From the IMG/VR virus record IMGVR_UViG_3300018080_000030, positions 1 through 52,552 of that record: 52,552 bases of DNA. The stretch is one strand, 5' to 3'. The stretch's first letter is position 1, and each line of letters opens with the position of its first letter. Under the pieces are notes generated by a model that was not told where the DNA came from, searched no databases, and saw only the letters and a program-made list of their open reading frames with translations. This DNA is from a virus (lineage: Duplodnaviria; Caudoviricetes). A program made the position numbers and the translations under genes. Below are positions 37,078 to 46,844 of this stretch, piece after piece.

Positions 37078-37935
37078 ATGGCATATGAAGTGCTCAAGAA
37101 TGTGTTGGGGAGCGCTGTTCAGCAAAAACTGCAAGCAGCTACTCCTATAGGCAAGGCTCAACTGTTGAGTTTACAGTTACAGAACAAGCTTGCTGCGAGA
37201 ACTCTGGATGACCTGTTTCCCCTTCAGATGAAAAGGCTGGAGCGGGAAATCGAGACTATGATCGATCCTGAGAGGGCACTACAACTAAAAAAGCAGGAGA
37301 TTAAAGCTCAGCAGGATGCGATACAGGCGCGAGAGGAAGCCGTTATCCCGCTACAAAGGGATGCTGATATAGCAGTAAAGCGGGAGCCTTCTGTCCATGT
37401 GACTAAGACTGATAGGCCCAATACCTCGATTAGACAGTTATTCGTTGATGAGGAAGGTAAACCCAGTCAGAATGCTTATGACTGGCTAATAGACACCTCG
37501 ACTGGAGAGCGTATACGTCCTATCGGGCTTGCAAGGTGGGGTGAGCCGCCAAGCCCTGAAGGGTCAGGCAGCCAAGACCTGAGTAATCAAGAAATCGGCT
37601 TATTAATAGAAGGTGTGGTAGGCAAAGTGACAGCTGCTGGAACAATCTCTAAGGAAAGCTCTGAGCTGAAAGAGCTTGTCGAATCTTTAAGGGAAGTTGG
37701 GATATACGATGAGGAGTTCAAAGAAGCCAATCCAGAGCAAAAGTTGCTGTACTTAATCACCTCAGATTTCCCAGAAGGGGAAGTCTTTAGGAAGCTGGGA
37801 CCCCCTGGTGAGTTGTATAATAAGTACCCAGTGGTGACATCAGCTGTGCAGCAGCTGAAAAAAGCAGGACCATACGAAACCTTAATGGAGTTGAATAAAC
37901 ATGCTAATGCAAAGCCCCCGTTCTTCTCAAACTGA
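37078..37935 (+). CDS. Putative ejection (internal virion) protein
   Basis: Helical and Gln-rich; synteny. Confidence 0.5.
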   Translation: MAYEVLKNVLGSAVQQKLQAATPIGKAQLLSLQLQNKLAARTLDDLFPLQMKRLEREIETMIDPERALQLKKQEIKAQQDAIQAREEAVIPLQRDADIAVKREPSVHVTKTDRPNTSIRQLFVDEEGKPSQNAYDWLIDTSTGERIRPIGLARWGEPPSPEGSGSQDLSNQEIGLLIEGVVGKVTAAGTISKESSELKELVESLREVGIYDEEFKEANPEQKLLYLITSDFPEGEVFRKLGPPGELYNKYPVVTSAVQQLKKAGPYETLMELNKHANAKPPFFSN

Positions 37936-40900
37936 TGAAGCTCCTCCTATGGATGCGGCAGCTCCAGGTAACGGTAAAAGTAAGTCATTTGGTGTTGGTG
38001 GTGGATATGAAAAGCCTCCTCGACCTGTGGAAGAGATTGCTGACAATATCCTGAAGGCATATCAGTTTATGAGTCTAAAGTTTGATGTGGGTACGCCGGA
38101 TGAGTTCTTAAAACGTCTTGAGGATAAAGGTGATCGTGAGCAGGTTTTTAATTACATGAGGAGTTATTTTGAAGTCGGGTCATTTGAGGACTTCACGGAC
38201 AGAATGACTACTCCAAAAATGCGCGAGGGATGGAGCCATAAGGCGTGGAGGTGGGCTAATACGCCATTACCAGAGAAGGCTCTGAGGTATATACAGAGTA
38301 TCCCTGAGCAGGTTTCAGATGAAGCTGCAATAGTAGGTACCGGCACAGAAAACCTTAGCTTTCTTGGTAAGAGAGGCCAGGATGTTGCAGCTCAAGTATT
38401 ATATGGGGCTTCACGATCTCTGGCAGAGACGTTGCTTGGACTCACAACCCCTCTCAACCTCACGCTACTTGGGACTATGGGTATTGGAGGGGCGTTGTTC
38501 CCAGCAGCCGGCAGAGTAGCTTCTGGAGCTTTCACAATAGATATGGCCAGGCATATTCCAGATCAGATATTAGCCATACGCGATGCTATCCAAGAGGGGG
38601 ATCCTTATAAGATTTCCAAAAGTGTGACAGACTTAGTCACTACCAGCTACTTTGTCAAACAAGCTGGGCAACACGCACTAAAGAAGCCGCCTCCAAGAAT
38701 GAAAGCTAAGATTGAGGAAGCTGAGAAGGTTGTTGTGGATGCTGCTCAGACTAAAGCAGTAGCTGAGGCTCTGAAGAATCTTGACCAGGCATTGGCAGAG
38801 GAGCCTGGAACGCTAAGTCCTGTAGACAGCGCTGTCCGTGCCAGAGCTATTGAGCGTGAGTTGGCTTATATCGATTACGTCAACCAATCCCCTCATGGTG
38901 GGAAATTGTTAAAAATGCGCCTGGCTTTTGAGGAAGCAATGGCTGAACGCGATGCCGCTTTTATCAAAGAGGTCAATACACCTGCATTGTTGAGAACAGG
39001 AGAAGGCCCCGAGTTTGGGGCTAAACAAGCGTCATTAGAAAAAGCTTGTATGCAAAGCCGGCTTGGAAGTAAGCTGTTGCGGAGGCGTCTACTTCGGATG
39101 CAGCAGGAAGCTGTGGAGCAGTTGGAAGGTGTTGAGAAAGTCAGCACTATGCCATCTGAGGTGGAGGGTGCTAAGTTTGTAATGCCTGAACCTTCAACTG
39201 AAAAAGGAGTAGTTACCTACCCTGACCCACATAGACGAGCGTTGGAAGCCAGAATCAATGAAGACTTAACGCGGGCTGAAATAGCAAGGTCTAAAGATGT
39301 TGCTGGTAAAGGGTTTATTGAGTTAATGGCTGAAGTAGCTGAAAAGGAAGCTGCTAAAGAAGCTGCAAAGGCTGAGGGGATGAAGCCAGAGAATATGGTG
39401 GTGAAGTCTCCTGAAGAGACCGTTCCACGGGTGTTGAAAGGGTTAGGAGAACCTGAGGTGCCTGGAGGGCCTGTGAAGCCTGGCGAGATTCTCAGAGCTG
39501 CCAGCAACAGCGTCGCTGAATCTGTAAGGGCGTTATATGAATTAATGGGAGGTGATAGGTTAGGTATTGTCCCATTCTCGGAAGCTAACTATGAAGCCGC
39601 AAAGCCTCACCTCCAGAAAGCTTGGGCTGAATATGAGAAGGTCAAAGCTGGGTTTGATGTGTTCTCAAAAGATATGCTGGATAAGCTTGGGGATAGAGGT
39701 ATTCCTTATTTGAGGGCATTTCAGGCTGAGATAATGCCGGAAGCTCCCACCAAGCTGACACTCAGTAATCCAGGTCCGGACCCAGCTAAGCACAATGAGC
39801 AGTTTGTGAATAAGGTGGTGGACTATATTTATGAGAGGAGAGGTGAGACCCCTCACCCCAAGCAGAAAGAGCATAAGCAGAGACAGGTACGCCAGATAAT
39901 TAATGATGAGGCGATGCCTATCGATCAAGGAAAGGCTATTGAGATTCAGCGGGCAATGGAGCTGGTTGATTTACGCACCAAGCAAGGAGGTAAGATATTA
40001 CCAGATGTTCCGGATGAATTCCCAGCGTTCTCACGCAGGAGAAGTCCAGATGGGCTGTTACTGCCACAGGTGTCATATGGAGATATGAGAGCTGTGATGG
40101 AGTCTCGGAAAATGCCGGAGACCAAATTTGGCTACAAATACACCACTCCAAGGAGGTTTATGACGGAGATGGGTGACAGAGTTAAAGAGACTTTTTATGA
40201 TGGGCTGGATGATTCTGTACATGCTGGCAAGATTGTCGAGAGTCAGGTTAAGAGGGCGTACAGTAATCGGTTGAGGGAGTTACGAAAGTTGCCGGCTGGC
40301 CAGCGCTTATTACCCGGGAGGAAATCGTTCAATCGCATAGGTATTTATGGTGACTTCAAAAGGTTTGAAGCTATGGAGCCTGGGAGGGGTTATGAGTACC
40401 TGAAGTTGTTAAAGATGAAAAAGCCACCAAAGCTGAATAAAGGAGAAGCTGAGCTGTACTCCATATACAGGTCGTACTTTGACCAACTCCATGAGATGGT
40501 GAACGAGGGACGTAAGCAGTCTGGTATGAAGCCTATAGGGTATGCTGAGGACTATTTTCCATTGATGAGAGATATGGCTGAGTTTGCTCAAACTCATGGG
40601 AATTTAGCTACCGCTAATGTTAGAGAGTGGAATGAGTTTATACATCCAAGGTCAACCAGGTTCCCGTTTGAGAAGGAAGCTCGTGGTACTGTGGCCCGGG
40701 TTGCTACTGATGCTGACGCAGTGTTTCAGGCTTATCTGGAAACAGCCACCAATCACGCATTTGTTGGCCCAAAGATTGCACACTTACGCGAGATTCTGAA
40801 GGAAGTCACTGATAGTAAAGGGGAGCCAGTATTTAGTTTGAAGACAGCTAACCCACATGCCCACAACTATCTTACTAACTGGTTAGACTTTGTCGCAGGT

Positions 40901-42019
40901 AAGCGCTTCCTGAGCTTTGAAAGCTCAGAGTGGTTAGACAAGCACATCTTCCAGAAGCTGCATAAGCATGTTGCGAGATCTATTCTTGCTGGTAATGTGA
41001 GGTCTGCTGGAGTACAGCTTACAGCCTATGCGCCTGCATTTGCTGAGATTGGCACTAAGTACTTAGTACAGGGGATATATGATGCTGCAAGCCTTATTGG
41101 AAAAGATGTGAAGTCAGTAGTTAAGAGAGGGGTGCCCACTGCCAGAGCGCTTGCCCATGAAGGAGCTTCAGCACTATTGGGGAGAACGTATGATGCAGCC
41201 CAGGTAGAGATTATGGGTAGAAGACTACGAGGGAAGGCTATACCGATTAAAGACACAGCTTTAGCTAAAGTTGTTGCAGGATCAAAGAACAGTATGCAGA
41301 GTGTGGAGCAGGCTATGACGTGGCTCGCCAAGCAGGGGTTGACGCCACTAACTGTGAATGACATGTTCACCGCTGAATCCGTGTGGCATGGCGGGTATAG
41401 GTATGCTACGCAGCATTTGAACCTGAAGCATAAGCCTGCTGTCCGGTGGGCTAATGATTTGGTAACGAGGACACAGGCATCAGCTGCCAGACACAACCTT
41501 GCCCCTATTCAGTATACAGCGTTGGGAAAAGCGATGACATTGTTTCAAACTTACGTCATTCAGCATTGGGAGTGGTTGACTAAGGATGTTATGGGATATA
41601 AGACAGCTGTAGTTAATCCTGATAGAGCTTTGATTATGCTACGCTACATGTTGGCATCCACAGCAATGAGCATTGTGTTTGAGGGGTTATTAGGGCAACA
41701 ATCTCCATTCCCTACTCCGTTGGCTGCTTTCATCAATGAGTACAATGATAATGGGAGTGTTGGCAAAGCTTCTCTCCTGGCACTGAGAGAGTTGGCAGAG
41801 CCTATACCGATAGTAGGAGGGGCATTCAGGTGGGGAAGTTCGCCAGCGGGTGCAGTAATCACAGCTGTTCAGGAGTTGGCTGAGATTTCACAATTTGAGG
41901 AGTACGGATGGAAGCCGTATACTTGGGAGGTTGTCGGCAAATTATTAGGTGTCCCTGGGACATCACAGGCGGCTAAAGTGTATAGAAAGCATGAACGAGA
42001 AAGGAAGTATGAACGATGA
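37901..42019 (+). CDS. Large internal virion / DNA ejection protein
   Basis: 1372 aa, helical; EDYFP, FEKEARG and TLFQTY pattern; synteny with podovirus ejectosome genes. Confidence 0.65.
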   Translation: MLMQSPRSSQTDEAPPMDAAAPGNGKSKSFGVGGGYEKPPRPVEEIADNILKAYQFMSLKFDVGTPDEFLKRLEDKGDREQVFNYMRSYFEVGSFEDFTDRMTTPKMREGWSHKAWRWANTPLPEKALRYIQSIPEQVSDEAAIVGTGTENLSFLGKRGQDVAAQVLYGASRSLAETLLGLTTPLNLTLLGTMGIGGALFPAAGRVASGAFTIDMARHIPDQILAIRDAIQEGDPYKISKSVTDLVTTSYFVKQAGQHALKKPPPRMKAKIEEAEKVVVDAAQTKAVAEALKNLDQALAEEPGTLSPVDSAVRARAIERELAYIDYVNQSPHGGKLLKMRLAFEEAMAERDAAFIKEVNTPALLRTGEGPEFGAKQASLEKACMQSRLGSKLLRRRLLRMQQEAVEQLEGVEKVSTMPSEVEGAKFVMPEPSTEKGVVTYPDPHRRALEARINEDLTRAEIARSKDVAGKGFIELMAEVAEKEAAKEAAKAEGMKPENMVVKSPEETVPRVLKGLGEPEVPGGPVKPGEILRAASNSVAESVRALYELMGGDRLGIVPFSEANYEAAKPHLQKAWAEYEKVKAGFDVFSKDMLDKLGDRGIPYLRAFQAEIMPEAPTKLTLSNPGPDPAKHNEQFVNKVVDYIYERRGETPHPKQKEHKQRQVRQIINDEAMPIDQGKAIEIQRAMELVDLRTKQGGKILPDVPDEFPAFSRRRSPDGLLLPQVSYGDMRAVMESRKMPETKFGYKYTTPRRFMTEMGDRVKETFYDGLDDSVHAGKIVESQVKRAYSNRLRELRKLPAGQRLLPGRKSFNRIGIYGDFKRFEAMEPGRGYEYLKLLKMKKPPKLNKGEAELYSIYRSYFDQLHEMVNEGRKQSGMKPIGYAEDYFPLMRDMAEFAQTHGNLATANVREWNEFIHPRSTRFPFEKEARGTVARVATDADAVFQAYLETATNHAFVGPKIAHLREILKEVTDSKGEPVFSLKTANPHAHNYLTNWLDFVAGKRFLSFESSEWLDKHIFQKLHKHVARSILAGNVRSAGVQLTAYAPAFAEIGTKYLVQGIYDAASLIGKDVKSVVKRGVPTARALAHEGASALLGRTYDAAQVEIMGRRLRGKAIPIKDTALAKVVAGSKNSMQSVEQAMTWLAKQGLTPLTVNDMFTAESVWHGGYRYATQHLNLKHKPAVRWANDLVTRTQASAARHNLAPIQYTALGKAMTLFQTYVIQHWEWLTKDVMGYKTAVVNPDRALIMLRYMLASTAMSIVFEGLLGQQSPFPTPLAAFINEYNDNGSVGKASLLALRELAEPIPIVGGAFRWGSSPAGAVITAVQELAEISQFEEYGWKPYTWEVVGKLLGVPGTSQAAKVYRKHERERKYER

Positions 42020-42633
42020 GAGCTAATCACGATTTACATTGGACGGTGGCGGTGCTGATGGCTGTGGCACTGCTATTTGGTGCAGCAAGTGCGTTTGGTC
42101 AGAATGCATTTGTCACAAACTATTCTCCGTTTTTGACTGTGACACTAACGAATACGGAGACTGAGGTAGTGTATGTGCTGTTTCCGGCTGAAGGAAGTTC
42201 ATGGACAATAAGTACGACATTGCCCACGAAGTACAGGGCTAATGCGACCAGCGGGCGCCGGAGACCGACGAGTGGGTTTGAGCAATTCGGTGACCTCACG
42301 TTGAATATTGAGCCTACAACCACCAGTGGGACGACAGATTCGTTGGCAGTGTGGATGAAGCCACTCATCTGGGACCCTGTGGACGAAGAATTTGCAGTTA
42401 TCGAGAGTGACTCAATGCTGATGATGTTTGGGCAGACTAACCTATACTATGCAGATAGTACTGGGCAGTCTGGACATTACTTAGATTGGGATACTACGGT
42501 GGAGTATTCATGCCTGCTGACTGGATGGGTATGGCCACACGCAGGACTTGCGGTGTACTTCAGGCAAGAAAGCGCGGCAGCGGTGATGACAACAACTATA
42601 TGGTTCAGTTGGACTGAACTACTGTTGAGATAA
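42016..42633 (+). CDS. Beta-rich protein with a signal peptide
   Basis: VAVLMAVALLFGAASAFG followed by QN. Confidence 0.65.
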   Translation: MRANHDLHWTVAVLMAVALLFGAASAFGQNAFVTNYSPFLTVTLTNTETEVVYVLFPAEGSSWTISTTLPTKYRANATSGRRRPTSGFEQFGDLTLNIEPTTTSGTTDSLAVWMKPLIWDPVDEEFAVIESDSMLMMFGQTNLYYADSTGQSGHYLDWDTTVEYSCLLTGWVWPHAGLAVYFRQESAAAVMTTTIWFSWTELLLR

Positions 42634-42640
42634 GGAGGCT

Positions 42641-44500
42641 ATGATGAGAAGGTTTATAATTCTGGCAATGCTGCTTATCCTATGTACCTCTCAGGTGTTT
42701 GCGGATGGCAGCGCTCTTAAAGGTAACAATACGCGGCTGCCGTTCCTATACGTGTCTGGAACGATCAGATGTGCGACGCTGAATGCTGCGTTGATTAACC
42801 TCAGTAATATGGTGATTGAGGATTCGTTGGTAATTGAGTCTGGAAGTAATAAGGTGTACATTGCGCCGGATTCGTCTGATTTTAACAACATTATTAACAT
42901 TAGTAGCGCCGGATTTGTAAATATTGGTTCTGCCTCTGCATCAAGTGTTTCGGCAAGTGGAGAGGTTGCGTTTGGTGGTAACACTGAGTTTTTAGGAACA
43001 ATATACCCGCGTGGAAACATTTTCGGGAGAACTACTGGACAGTCAACATTTGGGTATTATATAATGCCGTTGGCAGGGCAACAACTCAGTCTGCTTTTAA
43101 ATTCAGGTGCAAATCAGACAAATAATGTACTTGTGCTTGGAGATATTGATTTTGGGTATGATAAAAACTATGACCACGGGGCACAAAGCAACCCTTTGTT
43201 TGCAATACACACGGATGATGATCCGGATGTATCAAATAATTACTGGGGCGGATTTCAGCACGACAATACCGGACTTACTATACAGACAGGGGCGAATACA
43301 GGCGCAGGTTCTGCGCCTGCAACAATAGATAATTACATTTCTTTGCAGCCACGCGGAACAGAACAATTTCAGCTTGAAGGTGATGGCGATTTGGTGTTGT
43401 TTGGCGGGACGGCGGATAAGGATTTTACGATCACCTTAAACGGCGAGACTAATGATGGCGTGCTGACGTGGCATGAAGACGAGGATTCGTTGTCCATTGC
43501 ATGTGACCTCGGGGTCAGTGGCGAGATAAGAGGAAGTACCCATATCTTGAGTGGGAACTCAGGTAACGCGAGCCACACCTTTATAACACTCACAAACACC
43601 GATGAACCAGCTTCTGGAGAGACGAGCCAAACGGCAGACATTGTTTTTAAAGTAATGGGCACAACGGATGATGGAAGCAGCTTTGCCGCGCATGAGGTTG
43701 GGAAGATTTCAGGACGTAAAATTGATGATTTTTTCCACGCCACAACCGAAGAAGACCATGAGGGAGGAATTAGTGTGTGGGGTGTTGATAATGGTGCTTA
43801 TGCAGAAGCATTTTACACTTTGGGCAGTGCAACATATTTTGAGGGAAAAGTGCGGTTTAAGGCTAATGATGTTCGGATGTACGATAATTGTGGGGTTTAT
43901 TTTGGCACAAACGCATCAAACGCTCTTGTACTTGAAGGCGCAGACCCTAATGCCCACACAGTACAATTTCAACTTGGAGAAGGTGATGCGTATGGCGTAC
44001 CCGTTTTAATTCTCGGCGACAGGTCAATAAATAATGTGAATTTAGGTTTATTTGACGGTATAACCGAGCCTCGTTTTGAGGTGTTCGACGATGACGCAGA
44101 TAGTCATGTCGGTATTGGATTCTATGGTGATGATGAACCTGGAATTACTACAGATAACGATGATTTTACAATTGATACAGGAACGGGCGTATTGGCTGTT
44201 AATGATATGAAAGTCTTAACATATCGTGATGATGATATCGATGACAACGACTCATTCAACCTCCCTGATGGTGCAGTAGGGCACGGAGTTGTGTATATCG
44301 GCAATGACACCAACGAAGAAGGTGCCACATTTGCCATTTATGATGATAATGTTGTGCTTATAGCGAATACCGCAAATTGTCAAGAAGCCGATGCGGATAA
44401 TAAGCTTGTCATAATGGATGGCGGTGATACAGTAACTATTAAGAATACGTTAGGTGATGACTACAAGCTAACACTGACTCTGTGGTACTATGTACCGTGA
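42641..44500 (+). CDS. Tail fibre-like protein with a signal peptide
   Basis: MMRRFIILAMLLILCTSQVFA; G/D/T/N-rich beta composition. Confidence 0.6.
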   Translation: MMRRFIILAMLLILCTSQVFADGSALKGNNTRLPFLYVSGTIRCATLNAALINLSNMVIEDSLVIESGSNKVYIAPDSSDFNNIINISSAGFVNIGSASASSVSASGEVAFGGNTEFLGTIYPRGNIFGRTTGQSTFGYYIMPLAGQQLSLLLNSGANQTNNVLVLGDIDFGYDKNYDHGAQSNPLFAIHTDDDPDVSNNYWGGFQHDNTGLTIQTGANTGAGSAPATIDNYISLQPRGTEQFQLEGDGDLVLFGGTADKDFTITLNGETNDGVLTWHEDEDSLSIACDLGVSGEIRGSTHILSGNSGNASHTFITLTNTDEPASGETSQTADIVFKVMGTTDDGSSFAAHEVGKISGRKIDDFFHATTEEDHEGGISVWGVDNGAYAEAFYTLGSATYFEGKVRFKANDVRMYDNCGVYFGTNASNALVLEGADPNAHTVQFQLGEGDAYGVPVLILGDRSINNVNLGLFDGITEPRFEVFDDDADSHVGIGFYGDDEPGITTDNDDFTIDTGTGVLAVNDMKVLTYRDDDIDDNDSFNLPDGAVGHGVVYIGNDTNEEGATFAIYDDNVVLIANTANCQEADADNKLVIMDGGDTVTIKNTLGDDYKLTLTLWYYVP

Positions 44501-44520
44501 ATAGCTGAGGAAGGGAAAGT

Positions 44521-44874
44521 ATGGGAATCGAGACAGCTCTTTTTAAAAGTATTCTGGAGTACGTGGCAGCAGGTGGCTCATTCGGTGTTGCGGTTCTAAC
44601 TGGGCTGCAAATCTGGTACCATGTGAGGTTGAGAAAGCTTGAAAAATCACAACATGGAGGATGTAGTGCTGTGGTAAAAGCGCAAGAGGCTGTTGACAAG
44701 GTGAAGCAGGATTTGAAGGACTGCACTGAGAGTGTAGATCAAAAGCTGGAGACTATTAAGGACGGTGTGCACGGCCATGAAGTAACGTTGGCCACAATCA
44801 ATGCACAGTATGAATCTATAGCAAACATGCAGAAACTTATTCTACGACGCCTGAAACTAAATGGCGGAAGTTAG
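44521..44874 (+). CDS. Membrane-anchored coiled-coil protein (lysis-cassette type)
   Basis: One transmembrane segment followed by a coiled coil. Confidence 0.55.
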   Translation: MGIETALFKSILEYVAAGGSFGVAVLTGLQIWYHVRLRKLEKSQHGGCSAVVKAQEAVDKVKQDLKDCTESVDQKLETIKDGVHGHEVTLATINAQYESIANMQKLILRRLKLNGGS

Positions 44875-44882
44875 GAGGACTG

Positions 44883-45059
44883 ATGAAGTTATTAACCCGG
44901 GAAGAGTATGAAGCTGCGGAGGAGACAATCAGGGAAGCTAAATTGTTCATTGAGCGCAACACAACCAGTGTGGCTGTGAATCCACAGTTTATGACGCTGA
45001 AGGTGCTTACACTCAATACTGAATTGGCGTTGAAAGCTCTTAGAAAGGAGTACACATGA
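44883..45059 (+). CDS. Hypothetical protein, 58 aa (not in the ORF track)
   Basis: RBS AGGAGG; ATGA overlap downstream. Confidence 0.65.
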   Translation: MKLLTREEYEAAEETIREAKLFIERNTTSVAVNPQFMTLKVLTLNTELALKALRKEYT

Positions 45060-45355
45060 ATCTCGGACCATTAGGAACACAGGTGTTCATAGGCGGCTTT
45101 GTATTGACATTGCTGGTAAAGTGTTTAGCATCAGCTTTAGCAGATGCACTGCCTTCCAGCCCTGACCGTTGGGACTCAATGTGGGCCAAGAAGCACTTAG
45201 CCCGCTGGGTAGATAGATACGTGCTGCCTGTGTATGTAGTCGTGTGGATCTGTGACTATGTAGGTTGGGCATACCTTCTGTTCTTCGCTGTGCTCGGGGC
45301 TGTATGTTGGAAGTTGTGGAATTATGTATACACTAAATGTGGAGGTGTGAAATGA
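45056..45355 (+). CDS. Membrane protein (holin candidate)
   Basis: Two or three hydrophobic segments. Confidence 0.5.
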   Translation: MNLGPLGTQVFIGGFVLTLLVKCLASALADALPSSPDRWDSMWAKKHLARWVDRYVLPVYVVVWICDYVGWAYLLFFAVLGAVCWKLWNYVYTKCGGVK

Positions 45356-45570
45356 AAATTACACTTAGTCATGCGTTAGAAGGGTATAGAAAGCTTATAC
45401 TTGGGTTGCTATTTCTGGTGCTGACATATTTGCTGGCAGTGCGAGCTATGAATAGCGGTGCTGACCTGCTGGGGACTGCATCGATTATTGCGGCGATGGC
45501 AGCTGGGGTGCTGACAATTGTGCAGGGGAATGTCCAGGAACATAGAACTAAAAATGGCACCCCAAAGTAG
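45352..45570 (+). CDS. Holin candidate
   Basis: RKL followed by two transmembrane segments; last late gene. Confidence 0.55.
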   Translation: MKITLSHALEGYRKLILGLLFLVLTYLLAVRAMNSGADLLGTASIIAAMAAGVLTIVQGNVQEHRTKNGTPK

Positions 45571-45583
45571 TATCAGGGGTGCC
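45550..45583 (-). terminator. Hairpin with a T-run on the minus strand
   Basis: ggcacccc 45556-45563 pairs with ggggtgcc 45576-45583; aaaaa on + at 45550-45554. Confidence 0.5.
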
Positions 45584-45766
45584 TATACCTGCCTCTTATT
45601 TCGATGTCCCTTGGGGCTTCTTCTTCGCTGTACCTTCATCAAACATAGCCTCTGGTCCTCCTTTTAAAGCGAAGAGGCAGGACCGTGTGCCGCAGCCCTG
45701 CCAATTCTGTGCTAACAACCTAACTACGGGAGTGAGGTAGAAAGAATGAGTAAACGCTAAAATAGT

Positions 45767-45782
45767 TGCAAAAACCTTGCCA
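45767..45782 (-). promoter_or_regulatory. Sigma54-type promoter
   Basis: Minus strand TGGCAAG-GTTT-TTGCA (GG-N10-GC). Confidence 0.6.
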
Positions 45783-46097
45783 GAATCCCAACTAATCACA
45801 TAAATTCAGCTGTATTTTAAAGTTTTCTGAGCCAGCCTCCTATAAATGAGCTATGCAAAAACACGATTTTTTGAATTCGAACGCCGGACCGATGAAATCC
45901 AGCCGGATTTTGTAAAATAGGACGTGGCGTCCCCAGAACGTGGCGTCCTGTTACCTGGCCATCTTGTGGCTAAGGCGTCCTGATGACATGGGGATGTGGC
46001 GTTGTGACGTCCTGACGACGTAAAATCCACCATTTGGACAGCTTCGGACTCCCTCTGTGCGTGTCTGTGCGTGCGCCCCTTTAAAAACAAGTACTTA

Positions 46098-46215
46098 TGT
46101 CCGGACATTTGAGGACAAACCCGGACATTCCTGGACAAACGTGGACATGTCCGTATTTGTCCGTATTTGTCCTCGTTTGTCCCCATTTGTCCATATATAA
46201 GTATATATATATAAA
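46098..46215. repeat. Palindromic 10-bp-period iteron-like array next to an AT tract (candidate origin or packaging site)
   Basis: GGACA at 46103, 46113, 46123, 46133, 46143; TGTCC at 46148, 46158, 46168, 46178, 46188; then atatataagtatatatatataa. Confidence 0.85.
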
Positions 46216-46570
46216 GAACTTAAGTAGTTTTTAGGGGGAGAGGGCAGGTAGTAGGCTGTTTTAGCATGTCATCCTGTCCTGATGACACCACGTCCTAACG
46301 TCCTGACGTCGTAGTGACATGGCGTCATGGTGTCCTGACGTCCTGTTTGTGGAATTTTGTGGAATTTTTTTAGCACAATTGTTGTGTAGGGATTATTAAA
46401 ACTACAGGTGGCGCGGAGTGCCGAAGTCCCCCTGCCGGTCGATCACTCGCTTGAAAAAACAATCCTTTTTTCGACGGCAAAGTGCTAAAAATTTACCATA
46501 GTGGTAAAAAATTAGCAGTTAGCAGCGAAAAATCCCGCTCGGTTTGGCGCTTTTTCATTAATAAAATCTT

Positions 46571-46586
46571 TGGCACGCTGTTTGCC
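46571..46586 (+). promoter_or_regulatory. Sigma54-type promoter
   Basis: TGGCACG-CTGT-TTGCC. Confidence 0.6.
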
Positions 46587-46764
46587 ACACGCTTCGGTGC
46601 TAAAAAAGCAGCTTGCGCAAGTGCAATAAAGTCAGTAGCTTGCGGGCTGCTAAAAGTTTTAGCAAAAGCGGCTTGTGCAACCCGTTGTTTTTACTGAGCT
46701 TGCGAGCGTGTGATAAAAAAGTTATCAAAAAGTGATTATAAAATTAACAGGAAACGATTGCGGC

Positions 46765-46780
46765 TGCAAACACCATGCCA
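46765..46780 (-). promoter_or_regulatory. Sigma54-type promoter
   Basis: Minus strand TGGCATG-GTGT-TTGCA. Confidence 0.6.
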
Positions 46781-46786
46781 ACGTTG

Positions 46787-46811
46787 TAAGTCATTGAAAA
46801 TTAAGCACTTA
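46787..46811. promoter_or_regulatory. Dyad of IHF-like sites
   Basis: TAAGTCATTGAAA and AATTAAGCACTTA are each one mismatch from WATCAANNNNTTR, in opposite orientations. Confidence 0.4.
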
Positions 46812-46828
46812 CACACTAAAAAAATTTA

Positions 46829-46844
46829 CGGCAAGCATTTTGCG
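46829..46844 (+). promoter_or_regulatory. Sigma54-type promoter upstream of the first early gene
   Basis: CGGCAAG-CATT-TTGCG (GG-N10-GC). Confidence 0.45.

Noticed and set aside
46098-46195. CRISPR array
   Set aside because: The 10-bp period and inverted symmetry fit protein-binding repeats, not a repeat-spacer structure.
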